From positions 30,690,001 through 30,754,000 of the forward strand of contig OZ260666.1 of the NCBI GenBank assembly GCA_965285935.1: a DNA stretch of 64,000 nt, read 5' to 3'. Shown here piece after piece: positions 1-11,372 of the stretch (position 1 is the stretch's first letter; the number at the start of each line of letters is the position of its first letter). Source of the stretch: Ophelia neglecta (Eukaryota). A program made the position numbers and the translations under genes. Under the pieces are notes generated by a model. It was not told the origin of the DNA. It searched no databases and saw only the letters and a list, made by a program, of their open reading frames with translations.

Positions 1-710
1 CACATATAGATATAACATGAGCCCCACAGACATGTGCTCTTTATTTGATAAATTAGTTCTTCCTGTTTTAAACTATTCCTCTGAACTATGGGGCTTTCAT
101 CGGGGAGTGAATGTAGAGAGGGTTCATCTCAGATTTTGTAAAAGTATTTTAAACTTAAAAGACAGTACAAAGAATGAAATGGTTTATGGGGAGCTTAATC
201 GGTTTCCTTTACAAATTAATAGGTACCTAAATATAATTAAATTGTGGCTTAAACTGATTCAAGTAGGTGGTAATAAGCTAATGCAGAAAGTATATTTAAT
301 GTTATACAGCAGAATACAGCAGGATAATTGGGCCAGTAAAGTAAAACCTCTTCTGTTCAAATACAGTTTCGGAGAAGCTTGGCTGAATCAAGGTGTTGCC
401 GATGTAAAACAATTTATAGTGTTACTTAAACAGAGACTCTTTGATTGCTATAAGCAAGATTGGCATGGGAATATAAACGATTCCTCAAAGTGTATATTTT
501 ATCGGTTTGTTCATCCAGACTTTGGCGTTCTGCCTTCTTATATGGACTGTGATGTGAGCATCAAGAATAAAAAAAACCCTTTGCAGATTTAGGTGTCGCA
601 ATCATTATTTGTATGTGGAGAGGGGCAGCTGGCAAAGGCCACCTGTAGAGTTTTCAGAGCGCAAATGAAGTGTATGTGATAAGTTGGACGATGAATACCA
701 TGTAACTAGT
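1..710 (+). mobile_element. Decayed non-LTR retrotransposon (LINE), C-terminal part of the RT ORF
   Basis: ORF 17-592 (LVLPVLNYSSELWG...VERVHLRFCKSIL...MVYGELNRFPL) resembles the post-RT region of LINE ORF2. A shifted frame continues RCRNHYLYVERGSW...K*SVCDKLDDEYHV, a degenerate C-terminal zinc knuckle with a stop. Confidence 0.8.
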
Positions 711-949
711 GCCTCCTAGTGATCAGTGATTTAAGTATTCAAAACTATCAATGAGTTGATGGGCTATATCACCAACATGGGAAAATAGATGCCCTTATAA
801 ACAGTTTAAGACCTCTGACAGCACACCCGGTGACCCCCATACAGTTTAAGTCAGCCCCCCCCCCCCCCCCGACCCACGAAACTTAAGCTGTTCACATGTA
901 AACAGGTTAACAGTTGACCCCACTGCTTCGTCTCATCGTGATACACACA

Positions 950-1375
950 GGCTTTCTTTCCTTTCTTTCTACCAATACTAGTACTACAAATCTTCATACT
1001 TGAGGGCTCCTTGTAGGGTGCGCACGCTGGAAATAAATTAGTCATAAGACACAGACAAGTGTTCAGTAAAGGAAAACCTAGAACGGTAGTGCAGTGGAAA
1101 CCAGAACTCAGAATAAGGGAAGAAAAGTATATACAGGTTAAAATCAGGGGTCACGTTTAGAAGACGCACTGACCCTGCAGATGACCCCCGAAGGCCTCCA
1201 CTGTCTGCGCTTGGACAGCGAGTGAGGGTAGGGAGTTCCACTGCACCACCGTTCTGGGGAAGAACGAAGAGCTGTATGACAGCGTGGTGCAGGGTACTTG
1301 CAGAAAACTATACTCATGGCTGTGTCTTGTTGGCCTTATAACAGGCTGTAAATACTGGTATGGGTTGACTGCCAC
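950..1375 (-). mobile_element. 3' fragment of a CR1/L2-group LINE
   Basis: ORF 1157-1375 contains TRHSH...SSSFFPRTVVQWNSLP, the typical C-terminal motif of CR1/L2-group ORF2. The left boundary (putative 3'UTR) is approximate. Confidence 0.7.
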
Positions 1376-2774
1376 AATAATTCAGGCGTGAATGAGGCCC
1401 AAGATATACAGCTAAAGCTGTACTAGCAAGTCCACGGGCATGCCATATGGATGCACTTTCAGAAATCCAAGATATTTTTAAACAATATTTTGACTACGTT
1501 TTGACTTTATTATGGATAGGACAAAATTATGCTTACAATTTTATGGCGCTGGGTCCCAACCAACGCACAATTTGCCACTAGATACACAAACGGTGAAACA
1601 CGCTCATGACAAGCCGGTCGCTCCTAGTAGCCGCACAACCGCTACAACGCCTTTGTCGCCGATTAGCGCTATGACAGGGGACACAACTAAAAATTGAGGT
1701 TTACGGAGCAATTATTTAAGAAGACAGGATGGGGAGGTGGATGAGGGGGGTTATCAGCGGGGTTTCTGATGGGGGGTGAGAGGTCGCACAAATTGGCGCG
1801 GTCTTTAGCGGGATTCGCGCCCCCTCCAATAGTATATGAAAAACCCTAAATTATAATTTCCCGAATCCCGACAAATTGAAATCGGGAATCCATAATCACG
1901 GAAAACAACATTCGCATGACTTACAGTTAATACAAATCCTTGATTCCGTGTCACAGAAAAATGTCTAATACCGATTCACAAGATATTAAGCTTTATATTA
2001 GGCCTATCAAGTGGACAAGTTTCGGTTCCATTAAATAGTTTCAACTTTCTTCTCCTAATAAAATAGAATGATTTCATATTTATTGCTAATTTAATATAGG
2101 CCTAAGTCCTTATGCCTTGCTTTTTTTTTTCCTTTGTGTCTAAATTACCGGAAAAATATCGGAAAAATAAGTATTCATTCATTCATATGGAGCTTTTGTT
2201 TTCTGTTGTTTGCAGGTTGCTACATACGATTCTTACATATAGACCTAAAGCTGAATGTGAATTTCGAGGTCACAAAATCGAACTGCCTCAAAAGTTGGTT
2301 TAGATGTTTATTCCGTAGAAAAAGTCCTTAATGTTAATTATTCAATTGCACACACTTATGGACATGCTCAGTTATCATTTTGAATAAAAATTTAAAAATT
2401 CCCACGCTCCATCTGTGGTACGGATGCCGTCCGACGCGTCCATCGCTTTTTCGATTTTGTGCGGTGTTGGAACAGGACGGTCCGGCAGAGAGCTGTCCTA
2501 TGCAGTCCGGTTCGGTTATTAGTCTTCCCGGACATGGCTTTTAAATGGTACAAATACAATTAGCCGCATGCCGGGTTTATAAGCAGGTAGGCCCACTCAT
2601 GCATGAATGCAACTACAATGTTAATGTGGTTGCTCACTTACAGAAATTCGATTAAATAAAAAATCAATGCAGTAAACACATATCATAGTGATATACGAAT
2701 AGAACTTATATTATCGCCCACGGTAACATCCAGTTTTATACCCTGCAGTGTACAGCCTGCGCTGACTAGGCCCT

Positions 2775-3296
2775 ATGATGGAGGGGGGGGGGAGTTAGGG
2801 GGGGGGGGGGGGGTTGTGTTCCCAGATCACAGTTTTGAAAAGTGACATTTCCCAGTTCCCAGTGAAATACATTTTAAGTTCCCAGGGAATTACTTCGTTC
2901 CCAGTTCCTGGAGACTAAAATAATAAAATTCCGATTCACAAAAATAGAAACACATTTGTGTACATTCATTATCAGAATCGTATTTCTTACATTCAAAATC
3001 CTAATTCAAACCCATGTTAGTGTCATAGTAGCTCACTCCAGGTATTTTGTGACGTGACATCCTGGGCATGATGTTCCCAGCTTTAAACCGAAATCCCAGT
3101 TCACAGGATTTTAAATGACGTACCCATCACGGGGGTTGACTAAATTGGTTATTCCTAGTTTACGGATATTATAAACGGGATTTCAAGTTTCCCAGGTATC
3201 TTCTGATCTTGAATCACAGGAAATACATAATTTCTCAGTTCATTGACATAACAAAGTTAAATTCGCAGTGGTCGGAATTTCCCCTAACCCCCTCAT
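2775..3296. mobile_element. MITE-like element with imperfect terminal inverted repeats; related partial copy at ~1741-1990
   Basis: The left end ATGATGGAGGG...GTTAGGGG matches the reverse complement of the right end CCCCTAACCCCCTCAT. Internal TTCCCAG/TTCACAG motifs are reiterated. Position 1741 begins ATGAGGGGGGTTA and carries similar internal motifs. Confidence 0.45.
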
Positions 3297-3886
3297 GACT
3301 GTATGTCCATCTCATTATCTGAAATAAGCGAGTGCACCGCTGGACCCCTGTCATCATAACATTGATTAAAGCAAGGCTCACTTTCATCTCTTGTCTTTCC
3401 TATAAATTTGAATAAATCTTAAACATTGATAACTGACGTCATCAGTAATGATATTTACCACATAATATGCTGGCTATAAGCTAGCTGTGTTGTTTACTGT
3501 CTGATTGCAAACACCATATCAAATGACTAGAGCTCCTGTGACATAAAAAAGTAGAGAACCAGCCGAAAATGGAAGAAAAGAAATATTCTGTGAATGTCAG
3601 ATATTTCATGGGAAATTTGGCAAATTTTGACAGATATCTGTGGATTCCAAGATCGCAGTCAATTTCTTGACTTGTGGTATGAATTTTGCCAGAATTTGCC
3701 CAAAAATGCAGTATCCTATCCACCCCTCATTAAGGACAATTTCTGGAAAAAGTGTTCAGAAAGTTTTTTTACTATGTGATATTATTGACATTTTTTATCT
3801 TATTTCCAGAAAACTGAGAAAAAAAATTACATGCATGCATGTAAATGTACATCTACAGTTAAGATTGGATATTGTTTGGGAGGGAT

Positions 3887-5209
3887 ATGTCTTGCCTTGG
3901 ACATGCCACTCCCGAGAGGACATTTGTAGATTACCTGGTGGGACCAATAAAAGACATACCCAAAGAAGATGTCCTTTTCTTTGAACAGTCAAAAATGTGC
4001 ATGGTTAATGACAACGAACAAGAACTAATTACTCAGCGGAACTGTCTGTTTGTTCCTAATCCAAGCCTGCCTCCACGCTTACAGCAGGTGACATTTCGAA
4101 AGTGGAAAGCTGGCGTCAGTCTTGGGAGACATTGGAATAGGTGGAGGAGAAAACGTGCTATATACATACAGCCCATTAATGACTTTCCTGAATTCATCGA
4201 AACATTTCGATACAGACTGCATGGATATACCAAGCATGGGTTCATTGAATTGCTGAAAGATTTTACATTTATATTTTTCTCAGGATTTAGAGTAGTCGTG
4301 CTCAACTATACTTATTTAGATAGAAATGGGTGGTGTGTTAAACACAGACATCACCCATTGACTCATCAGGAGCAACTGTTAGTAACAGACCTGAATAGAT
4401 GCCTAGGAAATAATCTACCTAAGGATGCTAGTTGTATATTAGGCTTATCCTGGACTGACCTTTACCCATGTGAGAATTTGAATTTTGTTATGGGCGAAGC
4501 TGCTGCTGAACACTGCAGTGCAATGTTTTCATTTGGGCGCTTTCAACCCAAGCTGTATAGAGAAGGAACACCTCCGCTTCCTCTTGAGAAAATCGATGGA
4601 AATTTGATATGGAAAATGATAAAGGTAAGTCTATACATCTTTTGCAATGTCTCTTTTTGTACCATAACCAAATCTTTACAAAGATATCCAGAATTGAAAT
4701 AAGATAACTTTCTATTTTAAGACTTTGTGGTGCTGCATGTTGGTCCGTGCAAAAGGCAAACTTTCTTCTTTAAAATTAACTCTTAAAAAAATCCATCAGC
4801 AATTTCTCCAAGGGCCCTGTCTCATGCAGTCATTAGCAGTCATCAGAAGTATAACTTTCAGGTCAAATAACATTGCTTGTCACTATCTATAATCCATTAT
4901 TTTTTCTTCATCTTTCAGGTGATATGCCATGAAACATGCCATGTGTTTTTACTAAGCCACTGTGTTTTCTTTGATTGTCTAATGAATGAAAGTTCTTCAG
5001 TTCAAGAAGCACTTGAGCAACCTCTATTTTTGTGCCCAGTGTGCCTTAGAAAGTTGCAAAAAGTGTGTAAATTTAACCTGAAGGATCGCTATCAAAGAAT
5101 GCTGGATTTTCTCCGTGCAATACATGAGACTTTTCCTTCAGAAAAAATGCATGGGTCAATTGTGTGGCTAGAAAACTGTTTAAGAGAGATAGACAATAAT
5201 TTTGTATAA
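3887..5209 (+). CDS. AMZ2: Archaemetzincin-like zinc metalloprotease (peptidase M54), 342 aa, 2 coding exons
   Basis: Exons 3887-4624 (AAG|gtaagt) and 4919-5209 (tttcag|GTG). Motifs IYIQPI, LPKDASCILGLSWTDLYP..NLNFVMGEA, FSFGRF and HETCHVFLLSHC-x4-CLM-x17-CPVC match the archaemetzincin HExxHxxGxxHC-x4-CxM-x17-CxxC signature except at the Gly. An acceptor at 3858 suggests an upstream 5'UTR exon. AMZ1 vs AMZ2 orthology is not resolved. Confidence 0.9.
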
Positions 5210-5685
5210 TATTATATCAGTTATGGCAAATTTTTTTTATGAAATTAAACTATATTTCATTTAATTAACTGTTTTGTTTGTTTTTATGAAATATGTGGAT
5301 GTATAGGCACCCAAATATAATGGATGATTCAGCCATTACAAGGCAAATCAATAACTTTACTTGTAACATTTGAGTGTAAATTAGTGATCTGTTTTCTGCT
5401 GGCTTCTTTATAGTAAAATGATATGCCATGTTTAATCAATTACTGGAGCAATTAAAATATCTGTGTGTTTGTGTTGGATGGTATATGGAAATGGGCTTTT
5501 AACTCTATCACTGTCCCTGTGGACAATAACCTTTCACTGCAAATTTTCTTGACAACATGTTGCCTTGCCACTTATGGAGTCATACTGAGTAACATTAGCA
5601 AATACATTTACTATGGGGACTGCAAGAATATTCCATAGGCAGCAAGGTAAAATAATACCATGTTAGCAAAACCTAAAGTTGTATT

Positions 5686-5848
5686 TACTGTAATAACCTT
5701 ATATTTTATTACCCTTCATATTGGCGCTTTTAGCACTCAACTTATTTTGCCGCTTATTCATTTTGCATTTAGAGTTTCTCAGTGTCTTATTTTTTATGCA
5801 TGGAACTCGCGAAATAAAGGGCCCATGAAAATTAAGGGTTTTAAAGTA
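5686..5848. mobile_element. Decayed Tc1/mariner-type MITE
   Basis: Ends TACTGTAATAACC and GGGTTTTAAAGTA form imperfect TIRs with TA termini; internal GCGAAATAAAGGG...GAAAATTAA repeats. Confidence 0.45.
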
Positions 5849-5914
5849 TCAAAATGGAAATATTGGCAAAAACAGCCATTTAGCTGGAATAACCTTTGAT
5901 GGTGAAATGATTAA

Positions 5915-6003
5915 TGTTGTTGTTGTTGTTTTGGGTTTTACGTGGCTTTCAACACTTATCGGTCATATCGCCACAGTGCCTACTTGTGACAGTGGGCTCA
6001 ATG
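5915..6003 (-). mobile_element. SINE 3' fragment with (ACA)n tail
   Basis: (TGT)n followed by GGGTTTTACGTGGCTTTCAACACTTATCGGTCATATCGCC, resembling the reverse-complemented 3' end of mollusc tRNA-derived SINEs (recognised from memory). Confidence 0.45.
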
Positions 6004-6925
6004 ATTAATGTGGAGGATTTATCAACTTGGGGCCAAATTAATAAAAGGGTACAACCCAACTTTCTGTGTGGCAGTAAAAATATCAAATTGCTTCAATCCC
6101 ATTCACTGCAAAGTCTATGAGGATGATGTCAATGACCTCATACTTCCCTGAGGAGTTTGCAGGACCCTTTTGTTCATTTTGCCTGGTGTGTACCAATTTT
6201 TTAAATACCGCAAAATTTAAATGTTTTAAAAACAGAGATACTTTCTCCAAATTCGAAACATTCTTCTGCATTTTTCAAACTTTGATCTGAGAACAGAGAC
6301 CAAATAGTGGTTGATTCTGTCAATACTTTCACTTGTCTTATTTAAAGACATGCTTAGGCAGAGGACCCACTATTGGTTGTGATAAATAATCAGTATTACG
6401 TTAAATTTTTGCATATTTCAATCTTCAAATGTTGTAGAACATATTCCTAAAGTAAAGCTCAGTGTTTCCAGCCAGCAGCATGCTCATTGTCATAAAGTCC
6501 TTTGTTGTATGTCTTGGTAGGATATCATTGACTGGATCAATAATAAGTTGTCAAGATAGGATCATAAGTCAGGCTAAAATAAATATCTCAAGTAAGAGGG
6601 GGGAAAGAAAGAGCTGGTACTCTTTAGGGTATATCCGGAATATGCTTTGTGCTATTCATTGATTATTATATACTGTGTCTTTCAAACTATGGCTTTTGTC
6701 TTTACATGTATATTGGTTACAAATCCATTTTACCAGTTTAAAAGAAGTGTTTTCTCAGGTTTCAGGTAGGCTTTTTCCTTCCTTTTCCTTATTTTTTTAT
6801 AGAAGGGCATCAGCTGAGCTGATGTTTGTTTATGATGATATGTTCGTATAAAAGGGATTGGCTTCAGAAACAGCTTTCAATCATGGAGATGTTTTTATTA
6901 CAGGAGCAGTAACACAATTTAAGAC

Positions 6926-9900
6926 ATGTTGCCTGTAAATGCTGGCTATATTTTGAGGCAAAAATCTAGCACACCGGTACTAGTATTTTGCATGAGGATA
7001 TTTTGTGAGTAAGATATTTTCTCTGAACATTGCATTAAGGCATTGATGGTTCATGTATTCCAATGATTCAAAAATAATAAAAAAATTGGAATTTAATTGA
7101 TCTTCAATTTGTAAATAATAAAGGGCAGTATTTAATGTATTTAGATTGTCTCTGTTGAGCTGGATATTGCTAATTGCCGAGTACTTTTCAGTCCTACTTC
7201 TCACTGGCGATGCTCTACAGGCCTTTTACATAAATGAGGTGAATTATGATGACAAAAATGACCTTTTCGAGCTGCACGGCAACCCAGCCAATGAATTTGT
7301 AGAGATATATGATGGTGGGGTGGGAAACAGCTCCATGACCTGGGTGAGCTCCACACAGGAATACAAACTGGCTCTGGTTCGACTGAATGCAATGGGGCGG
7401 GTTACTGCCACAATAGACCTCTCTCCCTATTCCACTGATCAAAACGGCTTCTTTGTGATAGGGGGTGTACACATCCACAACCGGGATCTGAACATGCCCG
7501 GGCTCACCTGCAACCGAGGTGGGGCATGGGCACTCTATGCGGTATCTCAAAATCTTATTTTGTCATAAAGTTACTTTTGATATGTGCACTGGGGGCAAGT
7601 AACTGGAGTGAAGCTTCCAGCAGTGTTTTCAATTTACTTTTGTATGACATTGAAGTCTGAATTCACTAGGGGATGTTGTGATAAAGACACACAAACCCTT
7701 GTTCAAACGGCAAACTTGAATAATGAAATTAATACATTTACTTTTTGATATAATTTGTGCATCGTTAATGTTTTTCTTATAGCCAACAAGCACTGCTCAC
7801 TCTTCTTATATCACAAACTTTGTACTGAACACTGGGAAATATGCCTTTCTACATGATGTACTGGTCTGGGAGCACCCTGACACATCTGCTGTGTGGAGGG
7901 ACACCCTCCTTTACACATCTGCCAATCCATCAATGGATCTCCCTCCCTCTGTCCACAGTCCTAATATCACTGACTGGCCAACAGAGTTTGATAATGTAGG
8001 CAATGTTAGTATACAGAATTTATAGAATAATTATAAACAAAATTGTTCAACTGCCTTTTAATGGAAAATGATTTATATATCTTATAAAATTTTATTCAAA
8101 CTGGTTTGGGAAATCTCTCAAAAAACTGTAGGTTTATTTTAACAAAGATTATAGTATTTTTCATAGCTTCTTTGAATGTTGTCATTGCAGGTTGATAAGT
8201 CATTGAGTCGCTGCAGCAGTTTCGACGAGGGGATGGACAGGAAGAACCTCTCTTCTTTTCGACCTATGCCACTAACGCCTGGGGCTCCAAACCACTATTG
8301 TGATGGTAACTAATTACCATAGACTTATTTGATAAAAATTCTAAGTTCCTCATAAGCCCTCACAGATTAAATAACAGCTCACCTTTTTTATATAATGAAC
8401 CATATAGTACTGTGAACTTAGAAAAAACCTGCATTGCTTACTGAAAAATTCCAGGAATTGATCCCCTGCCCAATTCAACCAGTGTGGCCCCAGAAACAAC
8501 GGAAACAATGGAAAGCACTTCTGCCACCACTGCTTCTACCACAACAACAACCATGACCACAATAACCACAACCGCACAAGAAACCACCACGCAGCAAAGG
8601 ACCACCCAAGAGATTACAGTGGGAGACACCACTCTGCGCTGTCTCACCACAGGAGTTACTACTATTGAACGACAAACCACAAGTGAGAACTTGGCAACTA
8701 CAACCATTAAAGATAGCACCACTGTTGTGGCCAGTACTACTGTGACAACCACTGAGACACCAAGCATGGTTACCATATTAAACGATAATGTACCAGTATG
8801 TACATGCCCCACAGAGCCCCAGGCCTCCTCCATCAGCTCTACAGCCCAAGCTAGTAGTGTAGAGGATGGAGAAATGGGTTCCCCCTCTATTGGAGCTGCC
8901 ACTGTAGGCATGGGAACATCCACTATGGAGGCTAATACTGTCCCAGACACCACTTATGGAGCATCTACGGGTCTGTATTTAGAACTTACAACAGACGGAG
9001 AGGTGGTTTGTCCAACGTCAGAAACGCTAGCAGCATGGCCCCTGACATCAACGCCAAAAGTCGAGACAACTGCTGGGGTCAATATTACTAATGCCACTGC
9101 TATACCCCATACCAGCACAGATTCTGAGACTGCTAAAACAACAATGGATAGCATTTTGTCAGCCTTAGACACAGATGGGAATTCTGGGAGTTCTACTACA
9201 GCTGCAGGTATTTGATATACTAATTGTAAGCTACTGCAGCAGGGTCCAAAGAAAGACCAGTGCTTGCACTGATGGAACCCTTGTTGAATGAAAATCCAAG
9301 AACAAATACATTTAGATATATTAATGCTAGCAAACAGCTTGTTTACTTATCTATGCTTGCTGGAATTACAGGCATTGTCATTAATAATTCATATTCAAAC
9401 TTTGAACAATGCCATCTATGTATATTGCTGATTCACAGATTGCAGACCCCCACCTGAAGTGACGAATGGCTTCATATCTGAGTGGACTGACAACAGCACA
9501 GCAGTGTACAGCTCAGTGGTGTACAACTGTAGTACAGGGTACTCTCTGTCAGGGCATGATGGCAGAGTGGTTTGTAACCCCAACATGACCTGGAGCACCC
9601 CGCCAGTCTGTCGCAGTATGCTCTCATCAGCTCCATGGCTATCTGTCATTTTATTGTTATGTTTATAACCTTTTAAAAAGTTTCAGTTCTTAAAGGTTAA
9701 TTCTATTAACATAGCAATGCCTCTAAGGATGACAGAAACCTCTTTTGTTACAGATATACAAGGTTGAAATTGATAGCTCTGTACTTAGAATATATGTAAG
9801 ATTTGTATAAATTGATATTTTAGAATATTGTGATATACCATTGGTGAAGAATGGGACTGTGAATGTTGAAGGGCTGCCTGTACATGACAGTGTCATGGAC

Positions 9901-11372
9901 ATAGAATGTGAGCAAGGGTTCTACCTGCTCCAGGACAGTCATGTGGTCTGTGACGCAGGATACTGGAAGCCTGGCCTGCCCACTTGTCAGCGTAAGCTAC
10001 CTCACTGACAATTAAAACACAAGCAAGGAAAATAATACTTCATTTATGACTTTTAATGAAGTTGATACTGAACACTAAATTTTGTGATATTATTAAATTC
10101 CTGATAGCCCTGTAAAATAGTCCATGCCTGTGAAGGTTGTGTTTTAGGTTTAAATATTTCAATTTGGACAGGTTATCAGGTTTATATGCCCTTCATGTTT
10201 TTAATTTCCTGAATAGAGATATGGTGGCCCTATATATATATATACATATACATGCGAAATACATATTTATGAGTTTTTAATTTGGGGTCCAATTCGTTTT
10301 TAATGAAAGTTAGTGAATTTTTTAACAGTATCCATCAGTCATTTTCAAGTTCAATTGGGCTTTTCTCCTCTCTGTTAACAGCCTATGTCAAGAGTTCAGA
10401 GATTGTGGCCAATGATAGCGAGTCAGGGGAGCTGACTGTAGTATGGGGTGTGTGGTTGCCCTGGACCTCCTGTACTACTACCTGTGGAGAGGGCTCGAGG
10501 ATCAGGTACCGGATCTGTAATCCAGAAGACTACAACTGCACAGGTCTACATCACCACAGACATTACAGTCTATATTTATAATAGTACTAAATGTCCCCCA
10601 AACTATCCAAATTGTGCCAACAGTAGCTGACCATTTCATGTTTCCAAGTATTTAATCCAAGTTCTCGTTGATGATGCAGCCAACCCGATTGAAGTAGGAT
10701 ACTGTTATGAGGCTTACTGCCCCAAGGATGGGGCTTGGCTGAGCTGGGGCTCCTGGGCTCTGTGCAGCTCCTCCTGTGGAATCGGAACCAGACTCCGCAG
10801 TCGGAAGTGTCTCGGGCCGTTCCACAAAGGGCGGCCCTGTGAGGGAAAGGACAAAGACTGGGAATCCTGTGAGCTAGAGCCCTGCCCAGGTCAGTCAGTT
10901 TCCAAGCCAAAAGTATTTACTGCCCATAGATGCATTTTTTGCTTATCCTATGTTGTGTTTTCTGTAATCTTCCGTTAGGGGCCCCTAATCAGTATTTATG
11001 TTATTTTTTTGGACTTACAAAACCTGCTATTTTGTACATTATCTCAGTAGTAGACAATCCCAAATGAGCCCTCATGTATAAATTGATGTCTCAATATATC
11101 TGCTTAAAGTTCTTTTTGTTTTGCTTTGTTTTTAAGATGCTGGTAAAAAGAAGATAGTAAAGGTAGTCCTTTCTGAGGGATTTACCAAATCGGATGAGAG
11201 GCAGTCTGCTAAGACAGTGGCTGCCATTGCAATTTCACTGCTGGCAGCGGAGTGCCTTGGAATGTTATTATTGGATATTAATCCTTACACTGTCTACATG
11301 TTCTTTAAAAAGCGCTTTGGCAAAGTGCCTGATGTCTCAGCGAAAAAAGCCAAGAAGAAATACAAACCTTGA
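6926..11372 (+). CDS. Type I membrane protein: signal peptide, lamin-tail-like (LTD) domain, Thr/Ser-rich mucin stalk, 2 Sushi/CCP, 2 TSP1, TM, short basic tail (829 aa, 10 exons)
   Basis: Phase-consistent exons 6926-7004, 7192-7541, 7783-8004, 8191-8305, 8455-9207, 9439-9615, 9824-9991, 10382-10543, 10662-10889, 11137-11372 (2490 nt). LTD-like motifs: FYINEVNYDD..EFVEIYDGG..TIDLS..TDQNGFFVIG..SLSRC..TPGAPN. Sushi: CRPPPEVTNG..YNCSTGY..C..WSTPPVC and CDIPLVKNG..CEQGF..WKPGLPTC. TSP1: WLPWTSCTTTCGEGSRIRYRIC and WGSWALCSSSCGIGTRLRSRKC. TM follows DERQSAK. TATAAAA at ~6847; AATAAA at 11884. Confidence 0.85.

Noticed and set aside
8438-9172. Val-rich minus-strand ORFs (171 and 72 aa)
   Set aside because: Antisense shadows of the Thr-rich mucin exon (ACN codons read as Val-rich on the other strand).
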